A stretch of DNA of 64,000 nucleotides. Origin: an uncultured virus (IMG/VR IMGVR_UViG_3300035181_001402). Lineage: Duplodnaviria; Heunggongvirae; Uroviricota; Caudoviricetes. The position numbers and the translations under genes were made by a program. Location of the stretch: the IMG/VR virus record IMGVR_UViG_3300035181_001402, positions 1-64,000 of that record; one strand, 5' to 3'. Below the pieces are notes generated by a model, which was given only the letters and a program-made list of their open reading frames with translations, did not search any database and was not told where the DNA came from. Shown piece after piece: positions 11,112 through 21,135 of the stretch; position 1 is the stretch's first letter; the number at the start of each line of letters is the position of its first letter.

Positions 11112-14100
11112 ATGACAAACCTTGGCAGCGGCGTCTCTCGGGTTCTGGACCCCACTGGAACTTCCTACACAGAGGTGATCTGGCAACAGGGGAAGCCCCC
11201 GATGGATGCCGATCTGAACCTCCTCCAGGAGCTTTCTCAGAACTTCTGCCGGCAGATCGTCATGCGTGGCACGCCGAGCGGGTGGCTCAGCAATGAGACC
11301 AACGCGACGGAAGACTACGTGACCAGCCCGATCTGGTCGAACTGGTTTCAGTTCGGTCGGCAGAGGACGGGGGAGAAAGCGGCCATCGAGTGGGCGGCCG
11401 TCAACGGCTGGCTTGTGCCGGTCATGGGCACGAAGACGGGGACTCCGCCAGGGAATCCGGATGACGTCGACACCTGGAATGTCATCGCTCTGGATCCGCC
11501 TCCCTCGAACTCGGGTGACTTCAGGATCGACTACGTCTTCCTGGAAGTGTGGCAGGCACGAATCCCGCCCAACCCCTCGACGCTCAACAAGCCCGCTGCG
11601 AACTCGGTCTACCGCTATGGCAACGTGGAAGGGGGCTTCACCTTCCTCACGGACGATCTCATCGACCCGGCTCTCGGGTTCGAGATCACGCAGCGTGTCC
11701 AGCTTCAGTACCGGATTCGGGTGGTCAAGGGGCTCGTGGGGCTCACGAGCTACCCGTCGGGATTCGATCCTGTGGTCGTGAAGGCTCAGGGTGGGGCGAC
11801 GACGCCTTCGAGCTATGTCTTCTCGAACATGCGGAAGACTCTCGGAGACGCGGGCCTGTGGCGAGCTGGGGATGGGGTGCCCTCCAATGCTCTCGGGACG
11901 ATCGACGGCTATGTGTACGCGATCCCCATCGCGTCGATCTTCCGTCGCAACTCGGTCGCCTGGAACGGGGACCCGTCTCAGAACCTCAACGGAGCCTTCA
12001 ACCGCAACACGACGGCGGTTGATCGGACGGGGATTCGGACCTTCTCGACGACGGCCACGCTGGCGTTGGACCTCTCGGCTTCGGCCGTCTCGATCCAGCT
12101 CGTGTCTTCCTCGAACATCCCTCTTCCTCTCGCCCCGACGCTCCCTGTTCTCATTCAGATCGGCGACGAGATTCTCACCTACTCTTCTGTCTCGGGATCA
12201 CCCCCGATTCTGGGAGGCCTGACTCGGGGTGTGAATGGTTCGCGGGCGGAGACCCACAAGGCCGGGACCGTCGTCACCATTCTTTCGGGACGACCTGACG
12301 GGCTCTTCTCGGATCAGATCGCGGCGACGGACATCCTGGATCTCCGTCATGTCGTGAATCCCAACGGGTTCAACTACGACGTCCTTCTCAGGACGAACCT
12401 GGACAAGATGCTCCGGGGGCAGATGAGGGCGAACTGGAAGCGTTCGGGAGCGGGTCCGCAAGGCCCCTTCGTTTTCTACCAGGACAAGATCGTCAACGGG
12501 TCTTCGGCTCTCGGGGTCACCAAGCTCGACGGGCCGGACAACATCCGAACGGTCTTCTCGGATGCCGCTGTCACTCAAGCCGTCGAATTCGTGGTGAAGG
12601 CGAACTCGGCTTCCTTGCCGGCGGCTGTGAACGTCGCGTGGTCGTTGACCATGAACGCGAACCACACGACTCGTTCGGTCTCGAACACGTTCAGCGCGAA
12701 CGACGTCATCTCGCTTCCGGTGTCCCAGCTCAAGGCGGGTCTCTCTGGGAGCGACGCGGACCAGATTCGGTGGCTCACCGACTTCCAAAATGAGGCTGTG
12801 GTTCTTCGGATCGATGGGTCACAGGATCCCGTTGACCCGAGCCTTTACACGGTGACCCCCAACACGCCCACGCCGACGGATAACCTGATCATCACGCTGG
12901 GATCGAGCTTCCCTTCAACGACAAATCAGATATACATCACGGCCCACGTTCAGTATGGGCCGGGGCGCGGGTTGGCTCGTCGCCCGGATGCTCTACACTC
13001 GCTCGCCTTCATCAACCCGAGCACGGAGCTTCTCCTTCAGACCTCGGCGGTCCCGATGGCCAACCAGACGCTTCGAACCTCTTGGTTGGCGCTCTGGAGC
13101 AAGTTCCGTGGGGCGACCTATCAGGGTCTTCTCCCGGTGACGGCGGAAGCCTATGCCGACCTTGGGAGCAAGACGGTGGCTCTCACTCCGTTCCGTCGCA
13201 TCGATTGGCCTGACGAGTTCAGGACGATGGATGGGACGATCGCGAATCCCAACGTCGCGTTCTGGGTGGGCAGCCAGGCTTCGAGCACGGGTGGAACTAC
13301 GCTCACCGATGCCTTCCAAGACTTCGTCTCTTTGGGGGTACTCGTCGGGGATTCCGTGTACATGCCGCATGGTGTTCGCAAGGGACACTATGTGGTCACG
13401 GCAGTGGCCCCTGGAGCGGATGTCTCGAAGATTGTCCTCAACAGGGCTTTTGCTTCGGGGTTCCCGTTCGATTACGAGGTCGCCCATACGCAGGGGTTGA
13501 TGCCTCTCCTCAAGCCGGACGGCGTCACGGCGAAGTGGACTACGACGGACCCGCTTCAGCTCTTCTCGGGTACAACTGAGTCGACGGCTGCGACGAAGAA
13601 CATCTACGTCACGATTCCTCGGCACATGGTGCCCGGTTGGGGCGCGTACTACGTGCCGGTCCTCTGGCAGGACAACGGGGTCTTCGCAGAAGGCGTCGAC
13701 TTCATGTTGATCAGCCGGAAGGGTGGATCGCCCTTCGCGGATTCGGACAAGAACTACTGCCCCTACTCGAACGGGCCGTTGACGTACGCGGCCTTCTCGA
13801 CGTTGAACTTCAACCCCCCGGCGGTGACGGCGACCTACAACGCGGCCTTCTCGTTCGGCGGCAAGACCTTCGCAGGGATGCGGTTCTTCACCGACACCCG
13901 CGGCCTTGGTCGAGAAGGCCTGGAGCTGCCTCCCTTCTATGGGATCACTCGGCTGTTCGCGGTCTATGAAGCGAACGACTACAAGCTCAACGGGTCGGCG
14001 TACGACGCAACCACGCGAAATCTCACGGGCAGCGGAGCAACGAACCTCCTTCGGCAGAACTTCGCAGGTCCGACCTTCTGGGTCGAGCTGGATGCTGATG

Positions 14101-15419
14101 GGGACTCGACGTTCATCCTCAACGCTGCGGTGATCGACCTCGCACGGTCGCCGAACACGATTGCCACCTTCGCTTCTGGCAACTACGTCATCGAGACGAA
14201 CATCTTCGGCTTCGACCGTGGGTCCTTCGACATCACGAAGGACTTCCGGTTGGTGATGACCCGGCCGACGAGCGCGGGTCTCATGCGGAGTCAGGCGGCG
14301 GATACGGTCACCCGGGCCAACAACGTGGGGGTCGTTGTGGCGGGTCCTGTTGGTGTTCTCCCGGGGCCCGCCACGGTCTCGGACCAGATTGTGGCCAACT
14401 ACTCCAGGACGGTCTACCAGGGCGATGCTTGGGGGTCGCAGACCAGCTACACGGACATCGGGTACGCCCCGGGGCCCATTCCGTCGGGGTCTGCCTTCCA
14501 GGTAGCCTCCACGTCTCTCGACGCAGCGAACTTGACGCGGCCGAATCAGAAGGTCTTCGAGGTGCTCGCCTCGATCGGCTTCACGACGACGCTGGGTACG
14601 GGGCGTCTCTCGGGGGACGCCATTTCACAGGTCATCGATCTGCGGAATGTCAGCTACGAGGACACTTCCACCTTCCCTCCCGTTTCGTCGATTGCTGCCC
14701 GTCCTACCATTTTCCCGGCGGCATTCAGCAGTGAGTCCAACACGGTGAACATCGGGACGGAGTATCACGGCTGCACCGAGCGTCTACCCCTTGGGGCGCT
14801 GTGCCGAGACAAGGACTTCCGAGGAGGAACCTTCAACTCCACGGTGGACATGCCCTTCATCTACCTCCAGGACTGTGGGGTGGGCTTCCTGGCAAGTCAG
14901 GGCAACGCCAAGAAGCTGGAGCAGACGGAGGTCAACGTCTCGTCTGCCTCCATCATCTCGGGGACCGCGGGTGATATGGGGGTCCATGTGGATGGGGAGC
15001 AGGGTAACTACTCTCTCCTCACGAACTTCCGGACCTACCGGGGTGGGAGCCTCTTCTGTGCCTCGGGATCGCACCCTGGGGGAGAGATGGCGGTCGTGCA
15101 TCCCACGGTCCTCGCTCCGTCGGGCCGAACGAACGTGCTCACGGCACGGGCCTTCCTCGTGCGGAACACGGGGACTCTGGTGGGCTCGACGGAAGTCTCT
15201 GCGGGAGATGAGCTGATGATGGTGGTGGTCACGACGGCCATCCTCATCTCGGATACGAACAGTCACCCGGGGCTCGTCGTCATCGGAACGAATGGGACTG
15301 GGGAAGGGTACTCGGCGGCGGACCTCTACCGCATTGAGGGTCACCCCCTCGTCTCGAACAACAGTCGGTACACGATCGACCCGTCGACCATCCCGCTCAC
15401 GATTTCTCTGAAGGGTTGA
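11112..15419 (+). CDS. Large virion baseplate/fibre protein, paralogue B
   Basis: 1435 aa; shares its N-terminal domain with 5755-8340. Confidence 0.65.
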   Translation: MTNLGSGVSRVLDPTGTSYTEVIWQQGKPPMDADLNLLQELSQNFCRQIVMRGTPSGWLSNETNATEDYVTSPIWSNWFQFGRQRTGEKAAIEWAAVNGWLVPVMGTKTGTPPGNPDDVDTWNVIALDPPPSNSGDFRIDYVFLEVWQARIPPNPSTLNKPAANSVYRYGNVEGGFTFLTDDLIDPALGFEITQRVQLQYRIRVVKGLVGLTSYPSGFDPVVVKAQGGATTPSSYVFSNMRKTLGDAGLWRAGDGVPSNALGTIDGYVYAIPIASIFRRNSVAWNGDPSQNLNGAFNRNTTAVDRTGIRTFSTTATLALDLSASAVSIQLVSSSNIPLPLAPTLPVLIQIGDEILTYSSVSGSPPILGGLTRGVNGSRAETHKAGTVVTILSGRPDGLFSDQIAATDILDLRHVVNPNGFNYDVLLRTNLDKMLRGQMRANWKRSGAGPQGPFVFYQDKIVNGSSALGVTKLDGPDNIRTVFSDAAVTQAVEFVVKANSASLPAAVNVAWSLTMNANHTTRSVSNTFSANDVISLPVSQLKAGLSGSDADQIRWLTDFQNEAVVLRIDGSQDPVDPSLYTVTPNTPTPTDNLIITLGSSFPSTTNQIYITAHVQYGPGRGLARRPDALHSLAFINPSTELLLQTSAVPMANQTLRTSWLALWSKFRGATYQGLLPVTAEAYADLGSKTVALTPFRRIDWPDEFRTMDGTIANPNVAFWVGSQASSTGGTTLTDAFQDFVSLGVLVGDSVYMPHGVRKGHYVVTAVAPGADVSKIVLNRAFASGFPFDYEVAHTQGLMPLLKPDGVTAKWTTTDPLQLFSGTTESTAATKNIYVTIPRHMVPGWGAYYVPVLWQDNGVFAEGVDFMLISRKGGSPFADSDKNYCPYSNGPLTYAAFSTLNFNPPAVTATYNAAFSFGGKTFAGMRFFTDTRGLGREGLELPPFYGITRLFAVYEANDYKLNGSAYDATTRNLTGSGATNLLRQNFAGPTFWVELDADGDSTFILNAAVIDLARSPNTIATFASGNYVIETNIFGFDRGSFDITKDFRLVMTRPTSAGLMRSQAADTVTRANNVGVVVAGPVGVLPGPATVSDQIVANYSRTVYQGDAWGSQTSYTDIGYAPGPIPSGSAFQVASTSLDAANLTRPNQKVFEVLASIGFTTTLGTGRLSGDAISQVIDLRNVSYEDTSTFPPVSSIAARPTIFPAAFSSESNTVNIGTEYHGCTERLPLGALCRDKDFRGGTFNSTVDMPFIYLQDCGVGFLASQGNAKKLEQTEVNVSSASIISGTAGDMGVHVDGEQGNYSLLTNFRTYRGGSLFCASGSHPGGEMAVVHPTVLAPSGRTNVLTARAFLVRNTGTLVGSTEVSAGDELMMVVVTTAILISDTNSHPGLVVIGTNGTGEGYSAADLYRIEGHPLVSNNSRYTIDPSTIPLTISLKG

Positions 15420-15420
15420 T

Positions 15421-15651
15421 ATGGCGGTCCAACACCTTTCGTATCTCGACATCCCGCCCGAGAAGCGACAGAAGGCGTCGGAAGAGGCTCGGAGGAGGAT
15501 TCAGACCCTCCTCTCGACGCCGCTGCTTTCTTCGGACCAGGTGAAGGCCCTCCAAGATCAGATCCGTCGTATCGACCAGTGGGAACGGGGGGATCTTGAT
15601 CCCCTTATACCTCTCGATAATCGAGGCGATTCCCATGAGCACACAGGTTGA
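15421..15651 (+). CDS. Small helical hypothetical protein
   Basis: 76 aa, 1 nt after the previous stop. Confidence 0.5.
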   Translation: MAVQHLSYLDIPPEKRQKASEEARRRIQTLLSTPLLSSDQVKALQDQIRRIDQWERGDLDPLIPLDNRGDSHEHTG

Positions 15652-16099
15652 CCACCTTCTCGACGTCTACTTCTGGCCCACTCTCTTCCTCTGTCTCGGC
15701 ATCTACCTCACGACCTACTTCGTGAGGACGTCGATTGAGGGGGTCTTCCCGAAGGTGAAGACCAAGCTCCTCTGGACGGAGGTGTGTCTTCCCCTCGGGC
15801 CGATCGGGACGGGTCTCCTGTTCGCACTCATCGGGAAGTCCTTCCCGTGGCCGGCGACTGTGGAGACCTACGGGATCTGGGTTCGGCTCACCTACAGCGG
15901 CCTCTGTGGGATCGGATCGGCATGGGTCTACGGGCGCTTCCAGTCGACCCTCAAAGCACTCGCCATCAAGAAGCTCTTGGCGGAGTTGGCCAAGGATCCG
16001 GAGCCGACCCCCACGCCGGCCGACCCCTCTGGGGAGAAGCTCCTCGATGCAAAGCTCGCAACCACCACCCTGAGCAGCAAGACCGACAACCTCAACTGA
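15635..16099 (+). CDS. Holin-like membrane protein
   Basis: Three hydrophobic segments and a charged C-terminal tail; follows tail genes and precedes a lipoprotein. Confidence 0.45.
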   Translation: MSTQVDHLLDVYFWPTLFLCLGIYLTTYFVRTSIEGVFPKVKTKLLWTEVCLPLGPIGTGLLFALIGKSFPWPATVETYGIWVRLTYSGLCGIGSAWVYGRFQSTLKALAIKKLLAELAKDPEPTPTPADPSGEKLLDAKLATTTLSSKTDNLN

Positions 16100-16104
16100 T
16101 ACCC

Positions 16105-16473
16105 ATGAAAAAGTACCTCTACCTCGTTCTCCCTCTCAGCCTCATGGGCTGCCAGTTGTCGGCGAAGGATGCCGCAACTCTGGCAGCAAATGAAACCCGA
16201 GACATCGCCGCCACCGAGCACAAGGTCATCCTCGACTACTGTGTTCCTCGGTACAAGGCGGCATCGACTCCGACGGAAGTCAAGGATGTCGACAAGCTGT
16301 GTCTGCCGGCGGAAGCCGCCTATGTGTCCACCAAGGCGGCTTGGGGCCAGATGCTCACTCTTCTCAACGCTGCGAAGAGCGGGACGGTGACGATTCAAGA
16401 ACTCAACGATGCAGGTCGGGAGTTGGGTGAGACTCTCGCCAAGCTCCAGCAGATCGCGGGGGAAATGCAATGA
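16105..16473 (+). CDS. Lipoprotein (possible spanin-like)
   Basis: MKKYLYLVLPLSLMGC: basic N-terminus, hydrophobic stretch and lipobox Cys. Confidence 0.6.
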   Translation: MKKYLYLVLPLSLMGCQLSAKDAATLAANETRDIAATEHKVILDYCVPRYKAASTPTEVKDVDKLCLPAEAAYVSTKAAWGQMLTLLNAAKSGTVTIQELNDAGRELGETLAKLQQIAGEMQ

Positions 16474-16649
16474 GCACTCAGGAAGTTCTCGTTCTTCTCC
16501 AGTTTCTTGATGACCTCTTCGAGCTGGGAGGCAAGATGGTCGCTGTGGCTCAGGGAAAGCATCCTGAGCTTGTGACAACCCCTCTTCCGGACCTCGCGGA
16601 GATGGACAAGGCACGAGAAGACGCCATCAAGCGTACTTCGGACACCTGA
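16470..16649 (+). CDS. Small hypothetical protein (59 aa, not in ORF track)
   Basis: MSTQEVLVLLQFLDDLFELGG...; start and stop overlap both neighbours. Confidence 0.5.
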   Translation: MSTQEVLVLLQFLDDLFELGGKMVAVAQGKHPELVTTPLPDLAEMDKAREDAIKRTSDT

Positions 16650-18028
16650 TGAGTAACGAGGGCTCACATCAGGCGGACTTGAATCCGCCTCTCGGGAAGC
16701 CCGGGGGGCCCTCGTCAGTCGTGCAGCGCATCCTTCAAAGGGTGCAAAACCCCCATCTTCAGCATGACCTCGTTGACGAGGTTCAGCAGGGGGAGGACCT
16801 CTCGAACGCTGACGCCTCGAAGGTCTATCACCTGGACATCGAGCCTGGGATCGGCCTGATCAAGCGGATCCAGATCACAGCGCACGCCCAATACCGGATG
16901 GATCTCCGAGGGGTGTCTGTCCAGGATGTCCAGGATGTCCTCAAACACTTCGTGACACAGCTCAACAACTGGAAAGCGTTGAAGAGCCCTGCCTACGAGC
17001 GGATGCTCTCGACGCTCGGCTCAGGGGACAAGATCGAATGGGTGAACCCGAAAACGGGGCTCAAGATCGTGTTCGCCACCATCGGACCTGGCACCGTGGA
17101 CCTCATCACCACCTTCAACAAGTGGCACAACAGCTCTGTATTCTCCAACGGAGTAGACATGTACTCGGATCTCGTTCTTCGCGTTGCAGCTCGGTTTATG
17201 GACCCTTCAATTGTCACAGCCGATGACAGAGGGGTGTGGCTCCCGGACATGCTCGGCTCGAAGGAGAACCTCGTGAAAGAGATCCTCCTCGCCGCGAAGA
17301 AGATGGCAGCGGCCGACACCTTCAAGAAGGGGGACATCAAGAGCATCTGCGGCGGGGTCTTGTACTTCCTCATGGAGGAAAAGGCTGGGAAGGCCGTTGC
17401 GGACAAGCTCTGGAATCTCCTCGATTCCTCCGCGGGGCTCGATGTCGGAGCTGCGATCAACAAGCTCGTCTGGCGAATCACGCCCCACCTTGACCATGGG
17501 GACAAGGGGAAGGTTCAGGCGGCAGCCGTTGGGATCTCGCTTCTCCAGCGCTCCAAGCAGCCGACCAAGGCTCAGCGAGCCAACGTCATCTTGAGGGACG
17601 CGCTCAAGTCCTCGATCGACATGGCCGGGCCTCCTGAAGAGAAAGGGAAGACCCCGACGGCGAAGGACACCTTCCTCCAGATGGTGAAGGACCAGATTCC
17701 GTTCGCGAAGACGCTCTACGGCCAGATCAAGGATCCCGGCGTGGCTGCGCTGGTTGTTTCGTACGCTCTCGACCAGGCGAACTACAGCGAGGCGTCCTCT
17801 TTCGCCGAGTCTACCCTCAAGTCGATCGCCACCAAGAACCCTCCCGACGATGTCGTGCAGGACTTCGGAGGGCAGGTCTCGGATGAGATCAGCTTCGCTG
17901 TCTACGAGACGGCGGCCTTTGGTGTGGCTCTGATGCAAGAAGCCGGTCAAGCGTCCGCAGCGCGAACCCTCTTCACCGGCTTCCTTCGCATCATCGGGCC
18001 CGCCATCGGACCCGGCAACCTGCTCTAG
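16649..18028 (+). CDS. Two-module protein: DUF4258/toxin-RNase-like N-domain plus RVAARF-tagged helical domain (possible internal start 17159)
   Basis: 'ITAHAQYRMDLRGVSVQDV' resembles the DUF4258 HAxxRMxxR motif; internal MYSDLVLRVAARF. Confidence 0.5.
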   Translation: MSNEGSHQADLNPPLGKPGGPSSVVQRILQRVQNPHLQHDLVDEVQQGEDLSNADASKVYHLDIEPGIGLIKRIQITAHAQYRMDLRGVSVQDVQDVLKHFVTQLNNWKALKSPAYERMLSTLGSGDKIEWVNPKTGLKIVFATIGPGTVDLITTFNKWHNSSVFSNGVDMYSDLVLRVAARFMDPSIVTADDRGVWLPDMLGSKENLVKEILLAAKKMAAADTFKKGDIKSICGGVLYFLMEEKAGKAVADKLWNLLDSSAGLDVGAAINKLVWRITPHLDHGDKGKVQAAAVGISLLQRSKQPTKAQRANVILRDALKSSIDMAGPPEEKGKTPTAKDTFLQMVKDQIPFAKTLYGQIKDPGVAALVVSYALDQANYSEASSFAESTLKSIATKNPPDDVVQDFGGQVSDEISFAVYETAAFGVALMQEAGQASAARTLFTGFLRIIGPAIGPGNLL

Positions 18029-18315
18029 GACTCAATGATGCACTCGCGGACGAACGCGAGGAGCTTGGGGTCACCCTTTCCGAGGAACTCCCACTGGGGG
18101 TGAATCACAGGATCCCACCCTTCCAGCATACTTTCCGCAGTGTCCTTGAAGAAGAGGACCATGTCTTCACGGAAGGTGCTGCTCCTCTTGGAGCCCCACA
18201 CTCCTTCCCCCATGATAATCCGAACTCGAAATTCGCCGTCTTGACCGTTGTCGGTCAACTGGACGAAGTTGTCATCGACTAGAACCCAGCCCGTTTCGTT
18301 GGTGATGTTCAGCAT
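18025..18315 (-). CDS. Hypothetical protein (class-1 promoter)
   Basis: 96 aa; ATG directly after the conserved promoter motif. Confidence 0.65.
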   Translation of the reverse strand: MLNITNETGWVLVDDNFVQLTDNGQDGEFRVRIIMGEGVWGSKRSSTFREDMVLFFKDTAESMLEGWDPVIHPQWEFLGKGDPKLLAFVRECIIES

Positions 18316-18351
18316 GGGGGTCCTACAGACCGGACCCCCCGCCGATCAACC
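18316..18351 (-). promoter_or_regulatory. Class-1 promoter TTGATC-N16-TGTAG, leaderless
   Basis: TTGATC 18349-18344, TGTA 18327-18324, 8 nt to ATG. Confidence 0.75.
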
Positions 18352-18846
18352 TAGAAGAGCGAGAGCTGCTCGGCGATCTTCTCGACGGGCTTCGTCTCCC
18401 AGACGAAGCCCGTCCACCTTCCGGCCGATCTTGGCCCCGTTCGCCCTCCAGTAGGCGACGAACATCTCGACGCCTACAAAATCGAGGCCCTTCCAGGCGG
18501 GCTGCGCGATCTTCAGCGCAATCAAGTCGGCATACCCGCCCTCGAAGCCCCTTGCCATGTAGTCGGGGATGTCGGGGCAGGCCTTGACCTCGTCCTTCGG
18601 GATCCGCGTGTCGAGCATGGGGGCAGCGAAAACAGCCCGAACGATGTTGTCGTTGTCGAGGTTGTCGACGTCGTCGACAACGTTCTCCAGCTCCCTCTCG
18701 AAGTCGTCGTGGGGGATGGATACCGTGATCGGTCCGTACCCCTCACGAGGGCCGGGGTAGCCCGTCAGCCCGCTCAGACCTCGCGTGAGGACAAGGTAGC
18801 GATCATCGCGGACAGCTTTGGGCGGCAGCTTCTTCTTGGTAGCCAT
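18346..18846 (-). CDS. Hypothetical protein (class-1 promoter)
   Basis: 166 aa; ATG directly after the conserved promoter motif. Confidence 0.65.
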   Translation of the reverse strand: MATKKKLPPKAVRDDRYLVLTRGLSGLTGYPGPREGYGPITVSIPHDDFERELENVVDDVDNLDNDNIVRAVFAAPMLDTRIPKDEVKACPDIPDYMARGFEGGYADLIALKIAQPAWKGLDFVGVEMFVAYWRANGAKIGRKVDGLRLGDEARREDRRAALALLG

Positions 18847-18882
18847 GGGGGTCCTACAAGATGAAAGGGGGAGGGATCAACC
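18847..18882 (-). promoter_or_regulatory. Class-1 promoter TTGATC-N16-TGTAG, leaderless
   Basis: TTGATC 18880-18875, TGTA 18858-18855, 8 nt to ATG. Confidence 0.75.
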
Positions 18883-18885
18883 CCT

Positions 18886-19275
18886 TCAGTGAATGATGGC
18901 AGAAACCTCGTGTTCGTGCTCGACTTGGAAGCGAGCACGAACCTTTGCGATCGTGACCCGGAGGCCAGCATCCGCGATCGGAATCAGCTCATCCCCCACC
19001 TGGCGGAAGCGGGTCGGGACGCAGGTCACCTTCCAGCCGGGGCCCACCACGGATTCGACCCCGAGTCCTTCGAGGACTGAGATGACGAAGCTCCGAGCTT
19101 GGATCTCGGCCGCGCAGGGGGTTGCCCCACGTCGTTCCTTGCGCTCGCGGGCCAGCCTGACCAGGGGAGCACACAGCTCTTCCAGGACAGCCTGAGAGAC
19201 CTTCAGGGTCGGAGAAGCCAGCGGAGGCACCTCCGGCCACTCCGCGTCGATGACCTCGGTGTCGATGCTTTTCAT
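18886..19275 (-). CDS. Hypothetical protein (class-1 promoter)
   Basis: 129 aa; ATG 10 nt after TGTA. Confidence 0.6.
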   Translation of the reverse strand: MKSIDTEVIDAEWPEVPPLASPTLKVSQAVLEELCAPLVRLARERKERRGATPCAAEIQARSFVISVLEGLGVESVVGPGWKVTCVPTRFRQVGDELIPIADAGLRVTIAKVRARFQVEHEHEVSAIIH

Positions 19276-19313
19276 ATTTTGGCCCTACAGCGATGGTTCC
19301 CCCCGGATCAACC
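19276..19313 (-). promoter_or_regulatory. Class-1 promoter TTGATC-N16-TGTAG
   Basis: TTGATC 19311-19306, TGTA 19289-19286, 10 nt to ATG. Confidence 0.7.
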
Positions 19314-19340
19314 GCTCTCCGATTTCCTACACCAAAGCTC

Positions 19341-19346
19341 GGTGTA
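19341..19346 (+). promoter_or_regulatory. Class-2 motif GGTGTA
   Basis: 11 nt upstream of ATG 19358. Confidence 0.65.
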
Positions 19347-19357
19347 GACAGGACTCA

Positions 19358-21118
19358 ATGACGACCGCTCTATCGCCGCAAGACACGACAGCTTACGAAA
19401 CGCTGAAGAAGGTTCGGGCTTCAACGACTGTTGCACTGAAGCCCACCCCGATGCTCAGGGCGAGCATCCTCGGCCTTGACGGGCAAGCGCAGGACTTCCG
19501 CCTACGGTACTACCAGGTTCAGGGGGTCTTCCACCTTCTGACCATGACCCGGATGATCTTGGGGGATGGGACTGGGCTCGGGAAGACGATCCAGGTGATC
19601 GCCGCCCTCTGCTACCTACGTCCCCGGGAGCCCAACAACCGGGTCATCATCGTCACCCCCAAGAGCGTCCTACGCCAGTGGGGAGAAGAGATCGAACGCT
19701 TCACGACGGGCGTCAAGTGCTACGTCGTCAGCGGGTCTCTCGAAGAACGCAAAGCGGTCTACGAGAAGTGGGCCAAAGCACCCCTCGGAGAGGACGCTCC
19801 TCTCTCTGTGCTCATCGTCAACTACGCGATCATCGTTCGGGACTGGGACCAGGGGAGCCAGTCTATCCCTGGGAAGACCCCCAAGGAGAAGCCGACCGTG
19901 TTGCCTGGCTATCTTGACGGGCTCACTCGGGGGATGGATCTGGTCGTCATCTACGATGAGGCGACGGCATTCAAGAACCACTCTACCAAGACGTGGCAGA
20001 CGTGTCGCTACCTCTCGGATCGAGCGAAGAGGTGCTACGGGCTCACGGCGACGCTCCTCAAGAACAACTTGATGGAGGGCTTCTCGATCTTCAAGGTGAT
20101 CGTTCCTCGTCTCTTTGCGACGAAGACCGCCTTCCTGGCATCCTTCTGTATCGTCGAGCAGAAGAGGGTGGCAGGGAACCGGAAGATCCCCATGGTCGTG
20201 GGGTACAAGAACCTGGAGGTGTTCCGGGAGAGGATCGACCCCTACTTCCTTGGGCGTCCGAAGCACGCGGTGTCTGCCGAGCTACCCGTGCTCACCACGA
20301 AGCAGATCATCGTGGAACTGTCGGCCGCAGAAGACCAGAAGTACCAGGAGGCCCTCTCGGGTGTCCTCGAAATGGGGGACGGGTCCACCAAGGACTACGA
20401 GGAGCACAAGGCCTTCGTCTCGCTCTGCTACTGCCAACAGGTCGTCGACTCTCTCACCTTGCTCAAGTACAAGGCGGGGGACGAGCTGCTCCCTGGGGGT
20501 CATGAACGGCTCGACGCCGAGATCGCCAGCCACACGATCGCGAAGCTCGGAAGCAAGGAGCAGGCGTTCCAGGACCTCATCCTTGACGAGCTGGATGGCG
20601 AGAAGGTCATCGTCTACACCCGCTTCGAGTCTCTTGTGGGGCGCCTACAGGCCATTCTCAAGGAGAAGGGGATCAAGAGCGGGCGCATCACGGGGAAGGA
20701 CTCGGACTCGGCTCGCCGGGACCATCAAAAGGAGTTCCAGAACCTCGACTCGGACATGAAGGTCATCTTCATCACGGACGCCGGAAGCGAGGCCATCAAC
20801 CTCCAGGCGGCCAGCGCTCTCGTGTTCTACGATGCCCCCTGGAGCTGGGGGAACTACGTGCAGACCCTTGGGAGGCCGATTCGCATCGGGAGCCCTCACC
20901 CCAATGTGTGCGCCTACCACATCGTGGCGGTTCGTCCCAAGGCGTCGGGGAAGAACAAGAAGACGATCGACCACCACATCCTGACCCTCCTCATGGGCAA
21001 GAAGAACCTCGTCGACAAGGTTCTCGGGGAGGCCGCCGTTGGGGCCCTCGACTTCAAGAAGGACGGCGTTGGGGCGGGGACGAAGGAGCTGCTCAAGCAA
21101 ATGCGTTCCGGCGAATGA
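19358..21118 (+). CDS. SNF2-family helicase/ATPase
   Basis: Walker A GDGTGLGKT, DEAT box, LTAT motif III, C-terminal QTLGRPIRIG; start set by the class-2 motif. Confidence 0.9.
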   Translation: MTTALSPQDTTAYETLKKVRASTTVALKPTPMLRASILGLDGQAQDFRLRYYQVQGVFHLLTMTRMILGDGTGLGKTIQVIAALCYLRPREPNNRVIIVTPKSVLRQWGEEIERFTTGVKCYVVSGSLEERKAVYEKWAKAPLGEDAPLSVLIVNYAIIVRDWDQGSQSIPGKTPKEKPTVLPGYLDGLTRGMDLVVIYDEATAFKNHSTKTWQTCRYLSDRAKRCYGLTATLLKNNLMEGFSIFKVIVPRLFATKTAFLASFCIVEQKRVAGNRKIPMVVGYKNLEVFRERIDPYFLGRPKHAVSAELPVLTTKQIIVELSAAEDQKYQEALSGVLEMGDGSTKDYEEHKAFVSLCYCQQVVDSLTLLKYKAGDELLPGGHERLDAEIASHTIAKLGSKEQAFQDLILDELDGEKVIVYTRFESLVGRLQAILKEKGIKSGRITGKDSDSARRDHQKEFQNLDSDMKVIFITDAGSEAINLQAASALVFYDAPWSWGNYVQTLGRPIRIGSPHPNVCAYHIVAVRPKASGKNKKTIDHHILTLLMGKKNLVDKVLGEAAVGALDFKKDGVGAGTKELLKQMRSGE

Positions 21119-21119
21119 C

Positions 21120-21125
21120 GGTGTA
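21120..21125 (+). promoter_or_regulatory. Class-2 motif GGTGTA
   Basis: 10 nt upstream of ATG 21136. Confidence 0.65.
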
Positions 21126-21135
21126 GGTCAAGCAC

